From a virus (taxonomy: Duplodnaviria > Caudoviricetes), in the IMG/VR virus record IMGVR_UViG_3300027996_003878: a DNA stretch of 64,000 nt. The stretch is one strand, 5' to 3'. The first letter of the stretch is position 1, and every line of letters begins with the position of its first letter. The translations under genes and the position numbers were made by a program. The notes under the pieces were generated by a model. That model searched no databases. It was not told the DNA's origin and saw nothing but the letters and a program-made list of their open reading frames with translations. Positions 56,923 to 64,000 of the stretch are shown piece after piece.

Positions 56923-56959
56923 ATAAACGTAAAATAAATAGATAGATATAGAGTAAAAA

Positions 56960-57577
56960 ATGTTTAAAGAAGCCCTTATAATTACAATGATATCTGTACT
57001 TTCACGAGAAATGCCGGATATTAACACTAAAAAAAGAACACAGCGTCGCGAATCCGTAGTAACACTAAGCAAGTTAGCCTACAAGGTGGCAGAGCGTGAG
57101 GCCCTTATTAGCAGAAAAGTTGATTCTGCGTTGCTTTTGGCAACTATGTACCGCGAAAGCAGGCTTAATATCAAAACCCCTGATGGTGACTGTAAAGCTA
57201 CAGGCTGGGGAAGTTCGCTGAGAAAAAGCTGTCCCGCAAAAGGCGTTATGCAAATAATGTCAACTAATCGTAAAATATTTAATAAACTACCTCAATCGAA
57301 ATTAGACCCTAAAATACCAAATAAAATTTCGATTAAAATGCTTTATGAACCTGAGTTGAACATAAGGTTAGGCTATGTTGCTTTGCACTATTGGAAAGAC
57401 ACATGTGGCGGCCCTCCTGGAGTTTGGATGACTGCATACCGTCGCGGCAAATGCTCTAGAAAATTTAAAATTAATCGAATTGATAAAGAGGCAAAAATTC
57501 GATGCAAAATAGCAACTATTATTCTTAAAAAGACAAATTCTTTACCAAAGAACTGGAAATGTTCAAGTGAGAATTAA
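56960..57577 (+). CDS. lytic transglycosylase (SLT-like)
   Basis: MYRES, GVMQI, LYEPELNIRLG. Confidence 0.8.
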   Translation: MFKEALIITMISVLSREMPDINTKKRTQRRESVVTLSKLAYKVAEREALISRKVDSALLLATMYRESRLNIKTPDGDCKATGWGSSLRKSCPAKGVMQIMSTNRKIFNKLPQSKLDPKIPNKISIKMLYEPELNIRLGYVALHYWKDTCGGPPGVWMTAYRRGKCSRKFKINRIDKEAKIRCKIATIILKKTNSLPKNWKCSSEN

Positions 57578-57593
57578 AAAATAGAGTAACCAT

Positions 57594-57624
57594 AAAAAAG
57601 CCACTTTAAAGTGGCTTTTTTTTT
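57594..57624. terminator. bidirectional intrinsic terminator
   Basis: AAAAAAGCCAC-TTTAAA-GTGGCTTTTTTTTT. Confidence 0.85.
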
Positions 57625-57656
57625 ATATGGTTATAATATTAAAATATAAAAGTGAT

Positions 57657-58154
57657 ATGAAAAAAATTCACAAAATAGCTCAATCATTTAAAGTCTCATT
57701 AGGCAGCCATGAATGCCTTTCAGACTTATTAGCATGCATGCGCGCCGTGGCTGACCTACACCAAACTCACCACTGGCAGACTAGAGGTAGTAGCTATTAT
57801 GGCGATCACTTGTTATTTGAAAGAATATACAATGAAAGCCAAAGCTTTGTTGATCAACTTGCAGAAAAAGCAATTGGCTTAGGCAATGCTGATTTGGTAG
57901 ATTTGTGCAAACAAAGCGAACTTAGACATAAAAAAATATTAGAGATGTGTGGAGAAACTTCAAATGTTTCTCCGCAAGAGATGGTCGAGCGATCTCTCAA
58001 GGCAGAAAAAAAATTAATTGAAATGACAAAGAACTCAATCAGCTCCCTTGAGAGCTGCAATCAATTGACACATGGATTAAGCAACCTACTAGAAGGAATT
58101 GCTGACGCACATGAAGGTTTTGTATATTTGTTAAAACAACGTGAAGAGGGTTAG
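57657..58154 (+). CDS. Dps/ferritin-like protein with shared leader
   Basis: HQTHHWQTRG..YYGDHLLFE.IY...VD.LAEK; final H..VYLL; N-terminus KIAQSFKVSL. Confidence 0.8.
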   Translation: MKKIHKIAQSFKVSLGSHECLSDLLACMRAVADLHQTHHWQTRGSSYYGDHLLFERIYNESQSFVDQLAEKAIGLGNADLVDLCKQSELRHKKILEMCGETSNVSPQEMVERSLKAEKKLIEMTKNSISSLESCNQLTHGLSNLLEGIADAHEGFVYLLKQREEG

Positions 58155-58339
58155 CCAGAAATAGCTTCCTCTTCCTCGCCCTCGTCTTTGGGGCTTGCTA
58201 TTTTTACAAAAACGTCAACTGCATGCTCCTCCCCAACCTCTCCAATCATTTCATTTAAATTTCGCAAAGCCTCACTGAAGGTTAATTTTCCTAATTCATA
58301 ATCTACACATATAATACACATAATTTATTAAACTGCCTT

Positions 58340-58846
58340 TCAATTAATACTTTTGCCAAATATAGATGTTGGATTAATTAAGCTTCCACCAGAGCGCACT
58401 TCAAAGTGCAAATGAGGAGATGTCCCTTTTGCGTTTCCTGTGTCTCCAACATAACCAATAACATCATTCATGCCAACCTCATCGCCAACATTAAATTTAC
58501 CAAATGAGTCCAAGTGCATATACGATGAGCGAACGTCATTGTTGTCTTGGATAATGATCATTTTTCCAGATTTACTCCCTGTCATTTTTTTAATTATTTT
58601 GCCAGGTCCTAATGGGTAGACAGGAGTACCGCGAGGGGCGAACAGATCTATCCCCCTGTGCCCGGTTGGATGTCGAGGATCAGTTGCCATATTTGGAGAA
58701 TAATCTCCAGGGTACTTGTGCTCACCAGCCCCTCTAGTGGGGTCTTGGTAGCGCTCAGCTTGCCCCTCATCAGAGCCGGAAGAAGGGAGAGTTACGCCAA
58801 GCAAATCAGCTATTGCATTAACTAGATCTTGAGTATCATTCATCAC
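58340..58846 (-). CDS. M23 family peptidase
   Basis: HRGIDL, YMHL, IGYVGDTG, PHLHFEVR. Confidence 0.93.
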   Translation of the reverse strand: MMNDTQDLVNAIADLLGVTLPSSGSDEGQAERYQDPTRGAGEHKYPGDYSPNMATDPRHPTGHRGIDLFAPRGTPVYPLGPGKIIKKMTGSKSGKMIIIQDNNDVRSSYMHLDSFGKFNVGDEVGMNDVIGYVGDTGNAKGTSPHLHFEVRSGGSLINPTSIFGKSIN

Positions 58847-58927
58847 ATAAGCCTTTAAATAAGTTTTAATAATATATTTGATTAATGATACATATCGAGT
58901 TAAACCCCGACACCATTTTAGAAGATC

Positions 58928-59149
58928 ATGATGGATGATTTAAAATATTATACAATAAAACTAGAGGCATTTGTCCCTACAGAAATTGAATATCGAGTCC
59001 TCGCCAGCAATCCCGAAGAAGCATTAGAGTTGATTGCGAAAAAAGCACCCAACAATAGGCCGAAACAAAGATTATCAAGAATGAAAAAAATAAAGGCGCA
59101 AGTTTATCTGGCCGGAACAACAATAATTAAACTATCAAGAAAATTTTAA
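58928..59149 (+). CDS. hypothetical protein
   Basis: 73-aa ORF. Confidence 0.6.
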   Translation: MMDDLKYYTIKLEAFVPTEIEYRVLASNPEEALELIAKKAPNNRPKQRLSRMKKIKAQVYLAGTTIIKLSRKF

Positions 59150-59728
59150 ATGTTAAATTATTACGTAATAGACACGGAAACAACCGGACTAACACCGGGA
59201 CACCATGAAGTAGTGGAAATTTCCATCATCCGCTGTTCAGACAGACATCAGTTAACAAAATTCATAAAAGCGGAGCACCCAGACAGAAGCTCACCTTACG
59301 CATTAAAAATAACAAAAAAAAGTATGGCAGATTTGAAAGTAGGCGAGTCAAAAGAAGATGTCGTCAGCGCTTGCAATAACTTTTTCAATCAAGATAATAA
59401 AACCCCAGAACACCGCTGTATCGTTGCCCATAATGCAAAATTTGATAAGAACTTTTGCCATGCGTTATGGCAAAGTGTTAATCAGGAATTTCCAGCTGTA
59501 TGCTGGCTAGACACAATGTCATTAGCGAAAAAATGGGCAAAAAAGAACGGCATAAATCGACCAAAACTAAGCCTGGCATCAGTTATAAATTTTACAGGCG
59601 TCATGCCCGTCCCTGGAGAGCACACTGCAAAGGCAGATGCGCGAAATACATATTTAGTATGGAAGAAAAATATGGACGAAAATATTGACTATCTGACTTC
59701 AATTAAAAGATATCCTCATATTTTTTAA
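59150..59728 (+). CDS. DEDDh 3'-5' exonuclease (DnaQ-like)
   Basis: IDTETTG, VAHNAKFD, H.A..D. Confidence 0.93.
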   Translation: MLNYYVIDTETTGLTPGHHEVVEISIIRCSDRHQLTKFIKAEHPDRSSPYALKITKKSMADLKVGESKEDVVSACNNFFNQDNKTPEHRCIVAHNAKFDKNFCHALWQSVNQEFPAVCWLDTMSLAKKWAKKNGINRPKLSLASVINFTGVMPVPGEHTAKADARNTYLVWKKNMDENIDYLTSIKRYPHIF

Positions 59729-59800
59729 TAACGACAAGGTAAGTTTGCAATAAATAATTATTATATAGAACGATAACAATCCATTAGAAAAGGAAACAAA

Positions 59801-59977
59801 ATGACTTACGAATATAGATGCAAAAAGTGTGATCATCAGTGGGAGGCTCAGCAAAAAATAACCGAGGAGCCCATCACACATTGCCCTGAGTGTAACACGG
59901 AAAACGCTGAGAGATTAATCTCGTGCAAAAATGGCTTCATACTCAAAGGTGGAGGCTGGTTTAGACAGGGGTACTAA
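59801..59977 (+). CDS. FmdB family zinc-ribbon protein (58 aa, not in ORF track)
   Basis: MTYEYRCKKC...CPEC...FILKGGGW. Confidence 0.88.
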   Translation: MTYEYRCKKCDHQWEAQQKITEEPITHCPECNTENAERLISCKNGFILKGGGWFRQGY

Positions 59978-59982
59978 TCTGA

Positions 59983-60762
59983 ATGACAATTTTAGATAAC
60001 GATCAAGCAATTTATTATCTTGCTAAGTGGCTGATCGAAAGAAAAAATGAGGTAAATAAAAATGGATTTCTGATTGAGTTAGCCAACAGAAACAGCTTAT
60101 TGGCTGCAAAAATTTGTGAAAAGACAAAATCGAAAACCTACCTAGTAATAAATAAAAACAATAAAGATAAAGATAAAAAATTAAAATTAATTAAAGAAAA
60201 TATAAAATTAAAAAATTTTAAAATAATTCAAATCGATGATGCAAAGGCATTAGGCGGCTCAAAAGACTTGCTTGCCAGTGCAGGCGTTAACTTAAATGAA
60301 AATCGTTTAAAATATTTTTTAAAGCCTGTAATTTCCTTTATAGCGAAGGATGAAAATTTGCTTATTATAAATTGCCTTAGCCGAAATCACTACAGATTAA
60401 TTAGAGATTATAAAAAAGACCTTGATGTTCACGGTGATTTATTATTATTTTCAGATATATATCAAAGTGAATTGGATGAATTGTATTTCTATGCAACTAA
60501 AGAGAGCAATAATATTAATGAGTGTTTTTTCAATTTAAATATCACACATAGTGAAGTTGAGTGGTTAGACAGAAAAGATGTAAAAACAAATGTAGTAACT
60601 AATTGTACAGATCCAGCAAAATCAAGAGAGTGGCCGTCATTTACAGGTCGCCAAAAGCAAATAATATCCTACATTCATCAAGTTGAAAAATCATCAAGGC
60701 ACAGGCAAATATTCAACGTACCAGAATGTAAGATAAGAAATAAAGAAGGGCTCATAAAATGA
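59983..60762 (+). CDS. hypothetical protein
   Basis: 259-aa ORF. Confidence 0.65.
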   Translation: MTILDNDQAIYYLAKWLIERKNEVNKNGFLIELANRNSLLAAKICEKTKSKTYLVINKNNKDKDKKLKLIKENIKLKNFKIIQIDDAKALGGSKDLLASAGVNLNENRLKYFLKPVISFIAKDENLLIINCLSRNHYRLIRDYKKDLDVHGDLLLFSDIYQSELDELYFYATKESNNINECFFNLNITHSEVEWLDRKDVKTNVVTNCTDPAKSREWPSFTGRQKQIISYIHQVEKSSRHRQIFNVPECKIRNKEGLIK

Positions 60763-61229
60763 AAAGACAGATAATATTCATATTAAATATATTATTAATA
60801 TTTTTAATATCAGCGTGCGGTGCATCTAGCCCTCCAGAGGCTAAATTTTTAATTCCGAATCACTATTCAAAGTTTGAGTGGTATCCACTTACACAAAATA
60901 CCATTTCAAAAGCATTAATGAATGATAAGCTTATGCTTCTTTATATATACAAAGATGAATGTGAGTCATGCACGAATTTTAAAAAGACAACGCTCACTAG
61001 CCCATGCTTGTATGAATTGATGGACGAAGAGTATTTATTTGTTGCAATAAATGCTAAAAAAATTCCTAGCATTCTTCTGAAAGTGTCAGACTTTGACAAA
61101 AAAGAAATTACAATGCCACTGACCGCCTTCTACAATCCAAGAAAAGGGATAATTCCGTTTCGACTGTACGGATCTGTGAGTTCAGAAAATTATTGTGAAG
61201 TGCTAAAGTTAGTAAGAAAAAACTATTGA
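60759..61229 (+). CDS. thioredoxin-fold lipoprotein
   Basis: LISAC lipobox; CESC motif. Confidence 0.75.
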   Translation: MKRQIIFILNILLIFLISACGASSPPEAKFLIPNHYSKFEWYPLTQNTISKALMNDKLMLLYIYKDECESCTNFKKTTLTSPCLYELMDEEYLFVAINAKKIPSILLKVSDFDKKEITMPLTAFYNPRKGIIPFRLYGSVSSENYCEVLKLVRKNY

Positions 61230-61233
61230 TAAA

Positions 61234-61800
61234 TTGAATAAGAAAAAGGCAATAATAAGTCTAAAGGCATTCTTAAAAGATGAAGATCTAATAAATATTA
61301 TAAACACATGCGATCTAGAGCCTGAAAGTAACTGGAGATGTTGGTCCGACGGTTTTGGTCATAAAATAAAATTTAATAATAAAAAAATATCTTACTCTTT
61401 TAAGAGTGATAATAAATTTATTATTAAAGACATATACTTTAAAGCACACCCGCTAGATCTGCTAAAAAATGGAAAATATTGCCTTTTATCACTTTCAAAA
61501 AGTAAAGATTATCTAGTTTTATGGATTCTTGGAAGAGACAATATATTAAGATGCTGTAATTTACAAAATGGAATTTGGAAAGAAAATATACCTCCATTAA
61601 GCTTTGGCATAGAGCCAGTAATGAGGTTGATAAAAAATATAAAAGTCGATTCTCATGTGACAAACGAAGATGTTTATTTTAATGGCCAAAAGAAGGGTTT
61701 ATTTGATTATTTAATCTTTACGAAATGGCCTCCAAAAATAAATATAAAAGAAAAAATCAAACAGATAAATACAAATATATATAGAGAAATTATAAAATGA
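61234..61800 (+). CDS. hypothetical protein
   Basis: 188-aa ORF. Confidence 0.6.
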   Translation: MNKKKAIISLKAFLKDEDLINIINTCDLEPESNWRCWSDGFGHKIKFNNKKISYSFKSDNKFIIKDIYFKAHPLDLLKNGKYCLLSLSKSKDYLVLWILGRDNILRCCNLQNGIWKENIPPLSFGIEPVMRLIKNIKVDSHVTNEDVYFNGQKKGLFDYLIFTKWPPKINIKEKIKQINTNIYREIIK

Positions 61801-62291
61801 GACCAAGCAATTTTATTATACCTGGTAGTTTGTCATACAGATTTGGCTCTGCAACAGTGCCAAATGCCGCAGGCCACAGGATAATAGTTCAACCAATTCG
61901 TGATAATGGTAAATATGAGGAGTCTTTTAACAAGTTAATCTCTAAAAGATGGCCTCTGGTTGAGCGCGAATATAAAAGATGGTACAGAAGCCAAAAGAAT
62001 TTTAAATTAGGCGAAATACAGGCTATAAATGTACAGAGCGATACAACAATTATAAATATGCTTTGCGAAAAGGCTAAAAAAAGAGCTTTTCCGTTGTGCT
62101 ATCAATCCTTACAAATGTGTTTAGAAAAGGTAGGGCTAATTGCTATTGATCAAGGAAGCAGCATTCACGCCCCCATGATTGGAAAGCGCTTTAAAAAGAA
62201 TAATTGGGATAAAATAGAAAGCATTATAACGCATGAAATTATAAAAAGGGGTATAAATATGACTTTTTATAATGAAGAATTAGATTCATAA
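61797..62291 (+). CDS. degenerate macrodomain (Appr-1''-p processing/Poa1p-like) protein
   Basis: GSAT.P...G.RII, IS.RWP..E.EY..W, FKLG.IQ, SIHAPMIG, W..IE.II. Confidence 0.7.
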   Translation: MRPSNFIIPGSLSYRFGSATVPNAAGHRIIVQPIRDNGKYEESFNKLISKRWPLVEREYKRWYRSQKNFKLGEIQAINVQSDTTIINMLCEKAKKRAFPLCYQSLQMCLEKVGLIAIDQGSSIHAPMIGKRFKKNNWDKIESIITHEIIKRGINMTFYNEELDS

Positions 62292-62293
62292 AA

Positions 62294-63367
62294 ATGATAG
62301 AACGTAATGTTATTATAACGGTATATGCGAACTCTTCAAAAGCCCCCGCGTCCAAGTGGGCAGAGGATTTTTTTGAAGACACTCCTATTGTTCTAAACGT
62401 ACCAGGCGCTGGGGGCTCATCTTTTCGAAGAAAAGCGATACAATGGGCGTCAACAGGCGATCTGTTTCAAGCAGCATTAAATGAGCTAAGAAAAGACGCT
62501 GCAAACATAAAAATAAAAAACAGAGGCCTGGTGACATTTTCTGTCGGGTGGTCTTTCGCTGATGAATTATTAAAATTTACCAGGGAAAGAAAGGCATTAG
62601 ACTGCTATATATTACTAGACGGCTGTCACACAAAAAATTTAACCCATTGGAAAGAATTTGCAAAAACCGCATTTGAATCTAATAAATTTTTTATAATGGC
62701 ACATTCCAATATAAACCCGCCATTCATAAGCGCAAAAGATTCAAATACTATAATATTCAATTCTGTAAAAAATAATCCATCGCTTGATAAAAGCAAATTT
62801 AAAAATATAAATATTCCAGATTGCGTTCTAAACGCCAAGCTCCCTGACGAGGGTGTAAAAATATCACTTGGCGCGGCTGGAAATCTGCCACCTATATCCA
62901 AAATTTGGAAACGAGACGCACTGATTGATTTTGAGACGGTGGGCAATATTGTAAGGCTCAACTATCAAGGGAACGACAGACCGGATCATGTTTACATAGC
63001 CTGGCACGTAAGCGAGCGATTATGGATGTGGCTCGGTAAATTTTGGACCGAGCTAGCTCCCAGCACAAGGCCAGAGCCATTTGTCAGCAAAAAGACACTT
63101 GCCCCCGGAGCTGAGGTCGAAGCGCCCACAGCCAGCGAATTAGGGCGCCCGGAGTCTACAGAAAACAAGGCAAGTCTTGAAGGAAAACCCGAAGGCTCAG
63201 ATAATAAAGATAATATTAAGACTGATGCCAGATTAACAGAGACTCAAGATGGCAAAGAAAATAACTCAATAATACTATCCGGTAAAAATAATATTATTAA
63301 AAGTATATTTAATTTATTAAGCATCGTCTTTTCTTGGATTATAAATAAAATTAAAAAGAGCCAATAA
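62294..63367 (+). CDS. alpha/beta-hydrolase-like hypothetical protein
   Basis: TFSVGW nucleophile-elbow-like segment, LLDGCH; P/E-rich C-terminal linker. Confidence 0.5.
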   Translation: MIERNVIITVYANSSKAPASKWAEDFFEDTPIVLNVPGAGGSSFRRKAIQWASTGDLFQAALNELRKDAANIKIKNRGLVTFSVGWSFADELLKFTRERKALDCYILLDGCHTKNLTHWKEFAKTAFESNKFFIMAHSNINPPFISAKDSNTIIFNSVKNNPSLDKSKFKNINIPDCVLNAKLPDEGVKISLGAAGNLPPISKIWKRDALIDFETVGNIVRLNYQGNDRPDHVYIAWHVSERLWMWLGKFWTELAPSTRPEPFVSKKTLAPGAEVEAPTASELGRPESTENKASLEGKPEGSDNKDNIKTDARLTETQDGKENNSIILSGKNNIIKSIFNLLSIVFSWIINKIKKSQ

Positions 63368-63384
63368 TTATTTATTAATAATAT

Positions 63385-63786
63385 ATGGATGGCTCGTCCA
63401 AGCTTAAAGTTGGTGATGAAATAAAAGTTTTACTTGATTCAAGACGAAACATCACTGACGACAAAAGACAATACAAAGATATTGTAAAATTACAAATTAT
63501 TAAAAGAAAGCAAACATCAAGCGTTTGCTTTGTCCCAAACTATATATTTGTTAAACACACCAAGAAGTGTAATTCAAAATTAATAAATGAGCTAGATTTA
63601 GATAATAAATGGCTTAATACTGACATCATCATTGTATGCGACTCAGCCATAATTGAAGTTGTAAAGCGTCAAGACGGAGCAGTGTGCGACAACTGTAATC
63701 ATTTCTACAGTTACGCGGAATATGACGAAAATGAGGGCTTTACGTGCTATTTATGCAAGCAAAATCCATACAGATGCAAATTTTAA
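63385..63786 (+). CDS. hypothetical protein with C-terminal zinc finger
   Basis: CDNC...CYLC. Confidence 0.65.
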   Translation: MDGSSKLKVGDEIKVLLDSRRNITDDKRQYKDIVKLQIIKRKQTSSVCFVPNYIFVKHTKKCNSKLINELDLDNKWLNTDIIIVCDSAIIEVVKRQDGAVCDNCNHFYSYAEYDENEGFTCYLCKQNPYRCKF

Positions 63787-64000
63787 ATAATTAATTATTA
63801 ATTACATCGACATTTTTATATTAAAAATAAACAATATTTTATGAAAATTAAAAGTAAAATAATAAAAATAAAAATAAAAATAATGTCAGTATTATTATTG
63901 TCTTTATTTTTTTTGACAGTAGGTGTTTCTTTAAAAAATAGAGCTTCAATGCGAGTAAAGACAGTTCGCACTCCCATATCAGAATTAAATCTAGCCAGAG

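Noticed and set aside
1-64000. Alternative genetic code
   Set aside because: Long known genes (aceA, aceB, asd, thyA, uvsE) are intact under code 11 and use normal stops; no suppressor tRNA was seen.

Overview
About 64 kb of AT-rich, densely coding DNA that most likely comes from a large (jumbo) tailed phage. This is an inference: no capsid, terminase or polymerase gene lies in the window. Several secreted-type proteins resemble those of myxobacteria (Polyangiaceae), which suggests a high-GC Myxococcota host. Region 1 (1-23.5 kb, almost all minus strand) is an early or host-takeover region of small genes driven by at least 21 copies of one sigma70-like promoter (TTGACN-N16-TATRTT-AGTANN). About half of these place ATG or GTG exactly at the expected +1, which implies leaderless mRNAs. 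The region holds five complete tRNA genes. Two are split by group I introns (Asn-GUU at 35/36; Arg-UCU at 34/35 with an internal PD-(D/E)XK homing endonuclease). It also holds an orphan tRNA-Leu 5' half, UvsE, RadC, DUF2786, DUF932 and an unannotated MciZ-like peptide. Region 2 (21.8-22.2 and 23.5-24.6 kb) is non-coding, with A/T tracts and iteron-like repeats; it is a candidate genome end or origin. Region 3 (24.8-64 kb) carries metabolic and cell-envelope genes: asd, an amidinotransferase, both glyoxylate-shunt enzymes (aceA and aceB, flanking a peptidoglycan peptidase), IscA, patatin, Hsp20, IMPDH/GMPR, thyA, folA, a Dps-like protein and five peptidoglycan-active enzymes. It also has a cluster of ADP-ribosyltransferase-like proteins and a degenerate macrodomain. 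About ten unrelated proteins share a leader (K-[LIVF]-A-x-x-F-x-K-x-A) that may be a capsid-targeting or processing signal. An unannotated 117-nt cloverleaf RNA lies at 43581-43697. All family assignments are by motif recognition, not database search.
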